From NCBI GenBank assembly GCA_035565335.1, contig DATMSO010000026.1, positions 1 through 24,000 of the forward strand: a stretch of 24,000 nt of DNA. Direction: 5' to 3'. The position numbers were made by a program, and so were the translations under genes. Under the pieces are notes generated by a model. It did not search any database. It was not told the origin of the DNA and saw nothing but the letters and a program-made list of their open reading frames with translations. Positions 9,137-18,056 of this stretch are shown piece after piece. Position 1 is the first letter of the stretch. Each line of letters opens with the position of its first letter. The DNA is from Methylovorus sp. (GTDB lineage: Bacteria > Pseudomonadota > Gammaproteobacteria > Burkholderiales > Methylophilaceae).

Positions 9137-11212
9137 TTAGAGCAGGCTCAGCGTGAGATCAATCAGCTTGATGCCGGCAAACGGCACCACGATGCCGCCC
9201 AGGCCGTAGACCAGCAGATTGCCTCGCAACAAGCTGGCGGCGCTGGCTGCGCGGTAGGGCACACCTTTCAATGCCAGCGGAATCAGAAACATGATGACCA
9301 GCGCGTTAAAGATCACGGCGGACAAAATCGCCGATTCCGGGCTGGCGAGCTGCATGACATTCAACTGCGCCAGCGAGGGATAAGTGCTGGCGAATGCCGC
9401 CGGGATGATGGCGAAATACTTGGCAATATCGTTAGCGATGCTGAAGGTGGTGAGCGAGCCGCGCGTCATCAGCATCTGTTTGCCGATTTCCACGATTTCA
9501 ATCAGCTTGGTCGGATTGGAATCAAGGTCCACCATATTGCCGGCTTCCTTGGCGGCCTGGGTGCCGGTATTCATGGCCACCGCGACGTCAGCCTGCGCCA
9601 GCGCCGGTGCGTCATTGGTGCCGTCACCGGTCATGGCGACCAGTCTGCCGGCGGCCTGATGCTCGCGTATCAGCTTCAGTTTGGCTTCCGGAGTGGCTTC
9701 GGCCAGCACATCATCCACCCCGGCCTCGGCGGCAATAGCCGCAGCGGTGAGACGGTTATCGCCCGTGATCATCACGGTTTTGATGCCCATGTTGCGCAGT
9801 TCGGCAAAGCGCTCCTTGATACCGCCCTTGACGATATCTTTCAGCTCTACCACGCCCATCACGCGCGCGTATTCGGCCACCACTAATGGCGTGCTGCCGC
9901 GCCGCGATACCTCGTCCACCTGTTGACTGACTTCAGCGGGGAAACGTCCACCCTGGCTTTCTACCCAGCTACGGATGGCCGAGGCCGCGCCTTTGCGTAT
10001 CTGCCGCTCACCGAGATTGACGCCGCTCATGCGGGTTTGCGCGGAAAACGCCACGAAGTCGGCCTGTAGCGTCTGCAGATCACGCTCGCGCAGGGCAAAG
10101 CGTATTTTTGCCAGCACCACGATGCTGCGGCCTTCCGGTGTTTCATCGGCCAGGGAAGCCAGTTGCGCGCTATCGGCCAGCGCCTGTTCGCTGACGCCAG
10201 GCGCCGGCAGGAAGTTGGATGCCTGGCGGTTGCCCAGGGTGATGGTGCCGGTTTTGTCCAGCAGCAGCACATCCACATCGCCAGCGGCTTCAACCGCGCG
10301 GCCGGAGGTAGCGATGACATTGGCCTGCATCATGCGGCTCATGCCTGCCACGCCAATCGCCGAAAGCAAGCCGGCGATAGTGGTGGGAATCAGGCAGACC
10401 ACCAGTGCTACCAGCACGGTAATGCTGGCCGGAGCGCCAGCACCGGCCACCTGCACGCTGAACAGCGAAAACGGCAGCAGGGTGACCGTGGCCAGCAGAA
10501 AGACGATGGTGAGCGCCACCAGCAGGATGGTCAGCGCGATTTCATTTGGTGTTTTCTGACGCTTGGCGCCCTCGACCATGGCAATCATGCGGTCAAGAAA
10601 GGCTTCACCCGGATTGACGCTGATGCGCACCACCAGCCAGTCCGACAATATCTGGGTGCCGCCGGTGACGGCACTGAAATCGCCGCCGGATTCGCGGATG
10701 ACCGGGGCGGATTCGCCGGTGATGGCGGCTTCGTTGACCGAGGCAATGCCATCCAGCACCTCGCCGTCCGCCGGAATCATGTCGCCGGCTTCTACCAGCA
10801 CGATGTCGCCCTTGCGCAGGCTTTGGCTATCGGTGATGGTAATGGCAGCCTGGCGCGATGCGCTTGCCAGTTTTTTGGCGGGCACATTCTGCTTGGCGCT
10901 GCGCAGGGCCGCTGCCTGCGCCTTGCTGCGGCCCTCGGCCAAGGCTTCGGAAAAATTGGCAAACAGCACGGTAAACCAAAGCCAGATGCTGATCGCCAGG
11001 ATGAAGCTCGCGGGCGCCTCACCCTGCTGACCGTGGGCTTGCAGCACCAGCGCCTGGATGAACATCACGCTGGTCAGCATGCTGCCGAGGTATACCACGA
11101 ACATGACCGGGTTGCGCCACTGTACCTGTGGAGCCAGTTTTTTGAAGGAAAGGGCGATCGCAGGCAGGATGAGCTGCGTATCGAACATGGAAAGGCCTTT
11201 GGGGGAATGCAT
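9137..11212 (-). CDS. kdpB: KdpB, P-type ATPase catalytic subunit
   Basis: It carries the DKTGTIT phosphorylation motif, [29 protein letters not shown] and the N-terminal [11 protein letters not shown]. Starting at the ATG at 11212 (GGAG SD 9 nt upstream) leaves 31 aa before WRNPVMF, as in E. coli KdpB. The alternative ATG at 11251 overlaps the kdpA stop as TAATG. Confidence 0.94.
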   Translation of the reverse strand: MHSPKGLSMFDTQLILPAIALSFKKLAPQVQWRNPVMFVVYLGSMLTSVMFIQALVLQAHGQQGEAPASFILAISIWLWFTVLFANFSEALAEGRSKAQAAALRSAKQNVPAKKLASASRQAAITITDSQSLRKGDIVLVEAGDMIPADGEVLDGIASVNEAAITGESAPVIRESGGDFSAVTGGTQILSDWLVVRISVNPGEAFLDRMIAMVEGAKRQKTPNEIALTILLVALTIVFLLATVTLLPFSLFSVQVAGAGAPASITVLVALVVCLIPTTIAGLLSAIGVAGMSRMMQANVIATSGRAVEAAGDVDVLLLDKTGTITLGNRQASNFLPAPGVSEQALADSAQLASLADETPEGRSIVVLAKIRFALRERDLQTLQADFVAFSAQTRMSGVNLGERQIRKGAASAIRSWVESQGGRFPAEVSQQVDEVSRRGSTPLVVAEYARVMGVVELKDIVKGGIKERFAELRNMGIKTVMITGDNRLTAAAIAAEAGVDDVLAEATPEAKLKLIREHQAAGRLVAMTGDGTNDAPALAQADVAVAMNTGTQAAKEAGNMVDLDSNPTKLIEIVEIGKQMLMTRGSLTTFSIANDIAKYFAIIPAAFASTYPSLAQLNVMQLASPESAILSAVIFNALVIMFLIPLALKGVPYRAASAASLLRGNLLVYGLGGIVVPFAGIKLIDLTLSLL

Positions 11213-11250
11213 GCGTAAAGACTCCTGAATAGGGTAGGAAGGCGAGGCCA

Positions 11251-13059
11251 TTAGTGGCTAGCCACCATCTGCAGATGCTCGATGACCGGCCCCAGCGCCA
11301 GCGCTGGCACGTAAGTCAGCGCGCCGACCAACACCACCGTGCCAATCAGCAGGGCGATGAACAGTGGGCCGTGCGTGGGCAAGGTGCCCAACCCGGGGGC
11401 GATGCGTTTTTTGGCGGCCAGTGCGCCGGCAATTGCCAGGATGGGAAGGATGATGCCGAAGCGGCCCACGGCCATCACCAGCGCCAGCAGCAGGTTGTAA
11501 AACGGGGTATTGGCGGACAAGCCGGCAAAGGCGCTGCCATTATTATTGGCTGCCGATGACACCGCATAGAGAATCTCGCTGAAACCGTGGGCACCCGGGT
11601 TGGCAATGCCGGCTACTCCGGCGGGCAGCATGACGGCGATGGCCGTTCCCAGCAATACCAGCAGCGGCGTGACCAGCAGGATGACCGCCGACATTTTCAT
11701 TTCGAAAATTTCGATCTTCTTGCCCAGGTATTCCGGCGTGCGGCCTATCATCAGCCCGGCGACAAACACGGCAATCACCGCGTAGATGAGCATGGTGTAA
11801 AGCCCCGAGCCAACGCCGCCAAACACCACTTCTCCCAGCTGCATCAGCCACAGCGGTACCAGCCCACCCAGCGGCGTCAGCGAGTCATGCATGGCATTCA
11901 CCGCCCCGCACGAGGCTGCGGTGGTGATGGTGGCAAACAGCGCTGAGGCGGTAATGCCAAAGCGCGTTTCCTTGCCCTCCATATTGCCGCCGGCTTGCAG
12001 CGCGCTGTTGCCCTGGTCAACGCCCAGGCTGGTCAGTAGCGGGTTGCCTTGCTGCTCCGCCCACAGGCTAACGGTGGTCATCGCCACAAACAGTACAGCC
12101 ATGGCTGCCCATATTGCCCAGCCCTGGCGGCGGTCACCCACCATCAAGCCAAAGGCATAGCACAGCCCGGCCGGTATCAGGAAAATCGCCAGCATCTGCA
12201 GGAAATTGCTGAATGGCGTCGGGTTCTCGAAGGGGTGCGCCGAGTTGGCATTGAAAAAGCCACCGCCGTTGGTGCCCAGCATCTTGATAGCCTCCTGCGA
12301 AGCGACCGGGCCCATGGCGATGGTCTGGCCCTGGCGGGTCAAAGTTTCCTGCTGCGGCTGACCTTTGCTATCGAGCGCAGGCTGGCCCTGGGCATCGAGC
12401 ACGGGCTGGCTGTAGGTGGTGCTCTCCAGCGTATGTGCCTCCTGATAGGGGCTGAAATTCTGGATCACGCCTTGCCCCATCAGCAGCACGGCCAGCAAGA
12501 TGGACAAGGGCAGCAGCACATACAGGGTGCTGCGTGTCATATCCACCCAGAAGTTGCCGATGGTGCTGACCGAATGGCGTGCAAAGCCACGGATCAGCGC
12601 GATCACCACGGCAATGCCCGTGGCCGCCGAGAGGAAGTTTTGCACGGTCAGCGCCAGCATCTGCGTGAGGTAACTCATGGTGCTTTCACCGGCATAGCCT
12701 TGCCAGTTGGTGTTGGTGACAAAACTCACGGCGGTGTTGAATGCCGAATCAATACTGATGGCGCCCATGCTCGCCGGATTGAGCGGCAGGCTGCCTTGCG
12801 CACGCTGCAACAGAAAGACCGCCAGTACCCCGACGGCGTTAAAGAGCAGCAGGGCGACGCTATAGCTTTTCCAGCCCATTTCCTGATGCGGATTCACCCC
12901 GGCCATGCGATAGAACAGCCGCTCCAGCGGGCCCAGCAGCTTGCCCAGAATGGGCAGGCGGCCTTCCAGTGCGCGATGCAGGTACACACCCATGGGCTTG
13001 GTCAGCAGCACCAGCGCAGCCAGATAGATAGCCACTTGCAGCAAAGCATTTGCAGTCAT
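11251..13059 (-). CDS. kdpA: KdpA, potassium-binding/translocating subunit
   Basis: It is collinear with E. coli KdpA ([84 protein letters not shown]). The true start is the internal ATG at 13059 ([19 protein letters not shown]...), which overlaps the kdpF stop (TGATG). The 46-aa N-terminal extension in the ORF track is spurious. Confidence 0.93.
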   Translation of the reverse strand: MTANALLQVAIYLAALVLLTKPMGVYLHRALEGRLPILGKLLGPLERLFYRMAGVNPHQEMGWKSYSVALLLFNAVGVLAVFLLQRAQGSLPLNPASMGAISIDSAFNTAVSFVTNTNWQGYAGESTMSYLTQMLALTVQNFLSAATGIAVVIALIRGFARHSVSTIGNFWVDMTRSTLYVLLPLSILLAVLLMGQGVIQNFSPYQEAHTLESTTYSQPVLDAQGQPALDSKGQPQQETLTRQGQTIAMGPVASQEAIKMLGTNGGGFFNANSAHPFENPTPFSNFLQMLAIFLIPAGLCYAFGLMVGDRRQGWAIWAAMAVLFVAMTTVSLWAEQQGNPLLTSLGVDQGNSALQAGGNMEGKETRFGITASALFATITTAASCGAVNAMHDSLTPLGGLVPLWLMQLGEVVFGGVGSGLYTMLIYAVIAVFVAGLMIGRTPEYLGKKIEIFEMKMSAVILLVTPLLVLLGTAIAVMLPAGVAGIANPGAHGFSEILYAVSSAANNNGSAFAGLSANTPFYNLLLALVMAVGRFGIILPILAIAGALAAKKRIAPGLGTLPTHGPLFIALLIGTVVLVGALTYVPALALGPVIEHLQMVASH

Positions 13060-13148
13060 CAGAAATTCTCCGGTTTGCATAAGGCATATAGCAGATAAGC
13101 CAGCAGCAGCACGGCAAGTGCACCGCTCAGCAGGTAAATCCAGTTCAT
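13059..13148 (-). CDS. kdpF: KdpF, 29-aa single-TM stabilising subunit of KdpFABC
   Basis: [29 protein letters not shown] has the same length and the ...LL.YL.YAL...E.F pattern of E. coli KdpF. A GGGAG SD lies 9 nt upstream, and the stop overlaps the kdpA ATG. In the ORF track it is hidden inside the 61-aa ORF 13059..13244. Confidence 0.78.
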   Translation of the reverse strand: MNWIYLLSGALAVLLLAYLLYALCKPENF

Positions 13149-13316
13149 GGTTTTGCTCCCAGGTAAAGGCAGTACCCAGCCACCAGGTAATTGGCAAGCA
13201 GGTACAGCAGAATCAGCGAGATATTGAGAATGTCCATCGATCACACGCCCGGTTGGGGGATGGACAGGAGCTTACGCAGGCGTGTGTAAAGATGGCGTAA
13301 TGAAACGGGGTGGGGG

Positions 13317-13337
13317 TGTAAAAATGCTGTAAAAATG
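13317..13337 (-). promoter_or_regulatory. Probable KdpE operator: two CATTTTTACA direct repeats with 11-bp periodicity, followed by a C-rich tract
   Basis: The minus strand reads CATTTTTACA g CATTTTTACA cccccaccccg. As I recall it, the E. coli kdpFABC KdpE site is TTTTTATAC-TTTTTTTACACCCCGCCCG, i.e. T-rich half-sites 11 bp apart followed by C-rich sequence. It lies 169 nt upstream of the kdpF ATG. A weak -10 candidate, TAAGCT (13274-13269), would put the box centre near -65. Confidence 0.6.
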
Positions 13338-13380
13338 CAGCGCGCCCCTGCACTGGCGAGGCGTCAGTCCAAGGCGAAGG

Positions 13381-13406
13381 CGATGACCGCCCGCGGGCGG
13401 TCATCG
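13381..13406 (-). terminator. 26-bp perfect GC-rich palindrome / hairpin 14 nt downstream of the MFS stop codon; possible terminator or insulator ahead of the kdp promoter
   Basis: cgatgaccgcc-cgcg-ggcggtcatcg forms an 11-bp stem with a 4-nt loop. No clean U-tract follows on the minus strand (gccttcgcctt), so intrinsic-terminator status is uncertain. Confidence 0.4.
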
Positions 13407-13419
13407 GGGGGAGGGACAA

Positions 13420-14556
13420 TCAGCCGCGGCGCATGCTGAACAACGTGAGCAGGCAGCCGGCAATGGCCACCACAGCGGCGGCCAGCGGCACGGCTTGCAG
13501 GCCTAGGCCAAAGTGAATCACCGCGCCACCGAGGAAGGCGCCGACGGCGTTGCCGAGATTAAAGGCGCTCTGGTTGACGGTGGACGCCATCAACGGCGCT
13601 TCACCGGCTTGGCGCATGGCATTGGTCTGCAAGCCAGGGCCAACGGCAAACGCCACCATGCCCCAGACAAAAGCGGTGGCCACCGACAGCAGGGTGAATT
13701 GCATGCTCCAGGCAAACAACAGGCTCAACAGCGCCATGCCCAGCAGCGAGCCGGCGATGGTGGGCAAGAGCCAGCGGTCGGCTAACTTGCCGCCTATATT
13801 CAGCCCCAGCGTGGCGGCGATGCCCAGCAATACAAGCACCAGACTGACCGCATGCGGGCTCAGGCCGGACTGGTCTTCGAGGATGGGGGTGATGTAGGTG
13901 AAAATGGTAAACACGCCGGCAAACCCCACGGCAGTGATGGCCATCGCCAACAGGGTTTGCGGGTGCAGCAAGGCTTTCATTTCATCGCGGATGTTCGCGC
14001 GCGGCATGGCCGTGATGTCGGGAATAAAGCGCCACACCGCTACCATGGCCAACAGACCACAGGCGGCAACTGTCCAGAACGGCAGACGCCAGCTGGTGAG
14101 CTGGCCGAGCAGTGTGCCCAGCGGCACGCCCAGCACATTGGCCAGCGTCAGGCCGCTGAACATCAGCGCTAGCGCACGCGAGCTCTGACCCGGCGGAGCC
14201 AGGTAGATGGCGACCACGGCGCCTATGCCAAAAAAGGAACCGTGGCTCAGGGCACTGAAAATACGGGCGAAGGCCAGCAGTTCATAATTGGGCGCCAGCG
14301 CACACAGGGCATTGCCCAGGCTGAAGACCCCCATCAGGCCAATCAGCGTGGCCTTGCGCGGCCAGCGCATGCTGAGCGCTACCACCAGCGGGCCGCCCAC
14401 CACCACGCCCATGGCGTACACGGTGACCAGATTGCCTGCGGCGGGGATGGACACCTGCAAATCGCGCGCGATATCCGGCAACAGCCCCATGGGCAGAAAT
14501 TCGGTCATGCCGATACAAAATGCGCCGGCGGCCAGCGCCAGCATCCAAAGACCCAT
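13420..14556 (-). CDS. MFS transporter, DHA1 family (YdhP/AraJ-like putative efflux permease)
   Basis: 378 aa with about 12 TM segments. The N-terminus LALAAGAFCIGMTEFLPMGLLPDIARDLQVSIPAAGNLVTVYAMGVVVGGPL is closely parallel to E. coli YdhP (LALAIGAFGIGTTEFSPMGLLPVIARGVDVSIPAAGMLISAYAVGVMVGAPL, from memory). The C-terminal NQSAFNLGNAVGAFLGG motif also matches. Confidence 0.85.
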   Translation of the reverse strand: MGLWMLALAAGAFCIGMTEFLPMGLLPDIARDLQVSIPAAGNLVTVYAMGVVVGGPLVVALSMRWPRKATLIGLMGVFSLGNALCALAPNYELLAFARIFSALSHGSFFGIGAVVAIYLAPPGQSSRALALMFSGLTLANVLGVPLGTLLGQLTSWRLPFWTVAACGLLAMVAVWRFIPDITAMPRANIRDEMKALLHPQTLLAMAITAVGFAGVFTIFTYITPILEDQSGLSPHAVSLVLVLLGIAATLGLNIGGKLADRWLLPTIAGSLLGMALLSLLFAWSMQFTLLSVATAFVWGMVAFAVGPGLQTNAMRQAGEAPLMASTVNQSAFNLGNAVGAFLGGAVIHFGLGLQAVPLAAAVVAIAGCLLTLFSMRRG

Positions 14557-14668
14557 GAGATGGTTTCCTGATCGTTAAGATATGGTATTTAAAATCAATG
14601 GGTAAGCCACGTGTGGCTATCCCGGCGTATGTTGCGGCCTGTTTTCAGCCCGGTGTTGAAGGTGGCGG

Positions 14669-16666
14669 CTATTCTTTGGCCTGCGCCAGCATGGCACGTA
14701 TCTGCGCCATGCGTTCGCGGCCATTTTCCTTGGCGGCGACCGGATCGCTGGCCGGCATGCCAAAATGCTTGACGTCGTCATGTGGCAGTTCGGCGATAAA
14801 GCGGCTGGGTTCGCAGCTCTCGGTTTCGCCTGCGCGCTTGCGCTTGCGGCACCAGGAGATATTGAGTGATTTCTGCGCGCGGGTAATGCCTACGTACATC
14901 AGGCGGCGCTCTTCTTCAATGCGGTCGGTGTCTATGCTTTCGCGGTGCGGCAGTATGCCTTCCTCGCAGCCGATCAGGAACACATGGCCGAATTCCAGGC
15001 CCTTGGCCGCATGCAGCGTGGATAGCTTGACCGCATCCGGCTCGCCGTTTTCGCGGCCTTCCAGCATGCTCATCAGCGAAATCATCTGCGTCAGTTCCAG
15101 CAAGTTTTTTTCATCCTCATTGGCTTTTTTAGTCAGCCAGCCGACAAAATCCAGCACATTTTTCCATTTGCTTTCGGCAGCACGCGGCTCTTCGCTATCG
15201 TAAAGAAAAGCCTCGTACTGAATGGCGTTCAGCATGTCATTTAGCATCTCGCCCGCCGGGTCCCGCGTGGCCCTGTCCTGCACGCGGTTGATGTACTGGC
15301 AGAAGGTCAGCAGGTCTTCCAGCTGGCGTGCGCCCAGCTCGCGCTGAAAATCACCCTCAAACGCGGCGGCAAACAACGATAAATGGTGGTCGCGGGCATA
15401 TTCGCCCAGACGTTCCAGCGTGGTGTTGCCTATGCCTTTTTTCGGGGTGGTGGCGGCACGGATAAACGCCGGATCATCATCTTCATTGGCAATCAGGCGC
15501 AAGTAGGCGACGAGGTCCTTGATTTCGGCCTTGTCAAAAAACGACTGGCCGCCAGAGACGGTATAAGGCACCTTGTGGTTGCGCAGTTGCTGCTCGAAAA
15601 TGCGCGCCTGGTGATTGCCGCGATACAGAATGGCGTAATCGGAAAACTGCGTGCGGTGCTCAAACTTGTGCGCCATCAGCTTCATGACCACCGATTCGGC
15701 TTCATGGTCCTCATCGCGGGCGGCGCTGACCTGTATCAGGTCGCCGGTGCCGAGTTCGCTCCAGAGCTTTTTATCAAACAGCTTGGGGTTGTTGGCGATC
15801 ACCTGGTTGGCGGCGCGCAGGATGCGCACGGTGGAGCGGTAGTTCTGCTCCAGCTTGATCACCTTCAGCCGCGAGAAATCCTCGGTCAGCTGCCGCAGGT
15901 TTTCCACATCGGCTCCGCGCCAGCCGTAAATCGCCTGGTCATCATCGCCCACGGCGGTAAAGCGGCCTTCCACCCCGGTCAAGAGTTTGACCAGTTTGTA
16001 CTGGCAGGCATTGGTATCCTGGTATTCATCGATCAATAGATATTTGAGCTTGCGTTGCCATTTTTCCAGCGCCTCGCGATGCTGTTCAAACAGCTCCACC
16101 GGCAGCTTGATCAGGTCATCAAAATCCACCGCCTGGTAGGCTTTCAGCGTCTGCTGATAGAGCTGATACACCTTGGCCGCGGCGTGCGTCAGCTCTTCGT
16201 CAGCCTGCGCCTTGGCCTGGTCAGGATTAATGAAGGCATTTTTCCACTGCGAAATCTGCGACTGCGTGCGGCGCAGCAGCTGCTTGTCGGTGGTCGCCAG
16301 CACATCGGCCAGTATCTTGTAACTGTCGGAAGAATCCAGAATGGAAAACTGGGGCTTGTAGCCCAGCAAGGCCGCTTCCTGGCGCAGCATCTGCAGGCCC
16401 AGCGAGTGAAAAGTCGCAATGGTCAGCCCTTTGGCCGACTTGCCCTCCAGCAGATGCCCCACACGTTCCTGCATTTCGCGCGCAGCCTTGTTGGTAAAGG
16501 TGATGGCGGCGATTTCACGTGGCTGGTAGCCGCATTGCTCGATCAGATAAGCAATTTTCTGCGTGATCACGCGGGTCTTGCCACTGCCTGCACCCGCCAG
16601 CACCAGCAAAGGGCCGTCCAGGTATTTGACCGCTTCACGTTGCGGGGAATTGAGTTTGCTTAACAT
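14669..16666 (-). CDS. rep: ATP-dependent DNA helicase Rep (SF1, UvrD/Rep family)
   Basis: 665 aa. LNSPQREAVKYLDGPLLVLAGAGSGKTRVITQKIAYLIEQCGYQPREIAAITFTNKAAREMQERV parallels the E. coli Rep N-terminus. Further helicase motifs are LLIDEYQDTN, GDDDQAIYGWRGA, LEQNYRS, TLHAAKGLEF and YVGITRA, and the C-terminus PSRFIAELP matches. Confidence 0.92.
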   Translation of the reverse strand: MLSKLNSPQREAVKYLDGPLLVLAGAGSGKTRVITQKIAYLIEQCGYQPREIAAITFTNKAAREMQERVGHLLEGKSAKGLTIATFHSLGLQMLRQEAALLGYKPQFSILDSSDSYKILADVLATTDKQLLRRTQSQISQWKNAFINPDQAKAQADEELTHAAAKVYQLYQQTLKAYQAVDFDDLIKLPVELFEQHREALEKWQRKLKYLLIDEYQDTNACQYKLVKLLTGVEGRFTAVGDDDQAIYGWRGADVENLRQLTEDFSRLKVIKLEQNYRSTVRILRAANQVIANNPKLFDKKLWSELGTGDLIQVSAARDEDHEAESVVMKLMAHKFEHRTQFSDYAILYRGNHQARIFEQQLRNHKVPYTVSGGQSFFDKAEIKDLVAYLRLIANEDDDPAFIRAATTPKKGIGNTTLERLGEYARDHHLSLFAAAFEGDFQRELGARQLEDLLTFCQYINRVQDRATRDPAGEMLNDMLNAIQYEAFLYDSEEPRAAESKWKNVLDFVGWLTKKANEDEKNLLELTQMISLMSMLEGRENGEPDAVKLSTLHAAKGLEFGHVFLIGCEEGILPHRESIDTDRIEEERRLMYVGITRAQKSLNISWCRKRKRAGETESCEPSRFIAELPHDDVKHFGMPASDPVAAKENGRERMAQIRAMLAQAKE

Positions 16667-16856
16667 GCACCAGGTGGATTCGTTTCAGGGGAAAATGGGA
16701 GATGCCATGGATGACAGGCAACGCGAAATTCGAATTTGCACGCGTATTTCCACGTTGCATAAGTTTAGCTTTAACCGGCTTTTGATGCCAGCTAGCATTG
16801 CTTGTGGCATAGTATCAATTAATTAAAAAAACCAATAAAAGGACAATGAATCCGCA

Positions 16857-18053
16857 ATGTTAGGCCTGGATTTCAAGACCATGGTTGTCATGGCTACTCT
16901 GCTGACATTCTGTATGTCAGCACTGCTTATTTTTATGCGTTTTCACGGTATCCGCGGCCCCGAGTACTGGGCTGCCGGCAATCTCTCCATCAGCTTTTCC
17001 ATGATGTTCGTGATTTTCCATTATGACGACATTGAGAACTGGGTCTCCCTGATTCTGTCGCTGATGGTGTTCGGGCAATCGCTGCGCTTCCTGGGTATAC
17101 GCCGCTATACCGGCCTTAAGGTGCGCTATTACTTTCCCTTCGTGATGGTCTGTGGATTGTTGCTGGCCGACGTCTTTACCCTGGGCCTGCTCCGCAGTCA
17201 GCCGCTTACCGTGTTCGTTAACTCCCTGGGCGTCGTTTTCCTGCATCTCGCTTCAGCATGGCTGTTGTATGAGTTTTCCATTAAGCCCGTGCGCGCCCCG
17301 GCCGAGCGCATCACATGCCAGCTTACCGCCGCCATTTTCTTCATCATGGGGCTGCTGATGATCTACCGCGCTACCAGCGCGCTGTTTGCCAATGGCCCGA
17401 TCCTCGATCACCCCATGGGCTGGCAGCCGAATGTGCTGACCTTGCTGATTGGCAGCATGCTGCAGATGTTCGTGACCTTTGGCCTGGTGATGATGGTGAG
17501 CTACCGCAAGTCTTCCGAGCTGGAGCTGTATGCCCATCACGATGCCCTGACCGGAATATTGAACCGGCGCGGTCTGGAAGAGGCCGCACGGCGTCTGACC
17601 AGTTTTGGTCGTCGCAATGACAACGGCCTGGTGATGCTGTTACTGGATATTGATCTTTTCAAGCACATCAATGACCGCTGGGGCCACCCGGTTGGCGACG
17701 AAGTCCTGCGTCAGCTGACCCGGCAAATCAAAACCCAGACCCGGGAAGAAGACATACTGGCCCGTTATGGCGGGGAGGAGTTCTGTCTGCTGCTGCCCGG
17801 TTCCACCGAGCAGGAAGGCATACAGTGTGCCGAACGTATACGGCAGTCGGTCGAATCCCTGCGCATTGTGCAAGGGGCCGCCACCCTGCAATTTACCGTG
17901 AGTGTAGGCATCACCTGTGCGAGGCTCGCAGGCTATGATTTCCGTAGCCTGCTGGCTTCGGCCGATGCAGCATTGTATGCCGCTAAAAAAGCCGGTCGTA
18001 ATCAGGGCATCTCTTACTCCAGTCTTTCCGGACTCAATATGCAGGCAGCGTGA
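16857..18053 (+). CDS. Membrane-bound diguanylate cyclase: N-terminal 7-TM domain fused directly to a GGDEF domain (active site GGEEF, I-site REED)
   Basis: Seven hydrophobic segments span residues ~8-217. These are followed by HDALTGILNRRG...LLLDIDLFKHINDRWGHPVGDEVL...REEDILARYGGEEFCLLLPG...ADAALYAAKKAGRNQ. RxxD lies 5 residues before GGEEF. No PAS, GAF, HAMP or EAL domain is visible. Confidence 0.9.
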   Translation: MLGLDFKTMVVMATLLTFCMSALLIFMRFHGIRGPEYWAAGNLSISFSMMFVIFHYDDIENWVSLILSLMVFGQSLRFLGIRRYTGLKVRYYFPFVMVCGLLLADVFTLGLLRSQPLTVFVNSLGVVFLHLASAWLLYEFSIKPVRAPAERITCQLTAAIFFIMGLLMIYRATSALFANGPILDHPMGWQPNVLTLLIGSMLQMFVTFGLVMMVSYRKSSELELYAHHDALTGILNRRGLEEAARRLTSFGRRNDNGLVMLLLDIDLFKHINDRWGHPVGDEVLRQLTRQIKTQTREEDILARYGGEEFCLLLPGSTEQEGIQCAERIRQSVESLRIVQGAATLQFTVSVGITCARLAGYDFRSLLASADAALYAAKKAGRNQGISYSSLSGLNMQAA

Positions 18054-18056
18054 GCC

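Noticed and set aside
9038-9886. 282-aa plus-strand ORF antisense to kdpC/kdpB
   Set aside because: Shadow ORF opposite a strongly conserved P-type ATPase gene, with an R/G/H/Q-rich junk-like translation.
10163-11218. 351-aa plus-strand ORF antisense to kdpB
   Set aside because: For the same reason: the long open antisense frame is a by-product of GC3-rich codon usage in kdpB, and it has no domain signature.
12316-12441. About 29-aa insertion relative to E. coli in a KdpA loop (…[33 protein letters not shown]…) with GQP repeats
   Set aside because: KdpA proteins of about 600 aa with an expanded loop at this position appear common outside the enterics, as far as I recall. It is probably lineage-typical variation rather than a novel feature.
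12049-13098. 349-aa plus-strand ORF antisense to kdpA
   Set aside because: Shadow ORF with a Q/H/R/G-rich translation and no motifs. kdpA on the other strand is unambiguous.
13060-13244. N-terminal extensions of kdpA (to 13197) and of the kdpF-containing ORF (to 13244)
   Set aside because: The extensions have no homology to KdpA or KdpF N-termini and lack an SD. The internal starts give canonical protein lengths and translational coupling.
13213-13419. 68-aa minus-strand ORF in the kdp promoter region
   Set aside because: It spans the KdpE operator and the palindromic hairpin. Its Pro/Ser/Arg-rich translation and absence of an SD fit regulatory DNA better than coding sequence.
14605-14618. 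Inverted repeat AGCCAC-gt-GTGGCT upstream of the MFS gene
   Set aside because: It has only 6-bp arms, no adjacent regulator gene, and is statistically unremarkable.
15383-16039. 218-aa plus-strand ORF (and 16055..16663) antisense to rep
   Set aside because: Shadow ORFs opposite a complete SF1 helicase with all its motifs.
16726-16737. 12-bp perfect palindrome AAATTCGAATTT in the rep / cyclase divergent promoter region
   Set aside because: It could be an operator. However, one 12-bp palindrome in about 1.5 kb of intergenic DNA is close to chance expectation, and no cognate regulator is encoded nearby.
16846-16863. 5-codon mini-ORF (ATG AAT CCG CAA TGT TAG) overlapping the first cyclase start codon
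   Set aside because: Such an ORF is expected by chance, and the AAGGA is too close (2 nt) to its ATG for efficient initiation.
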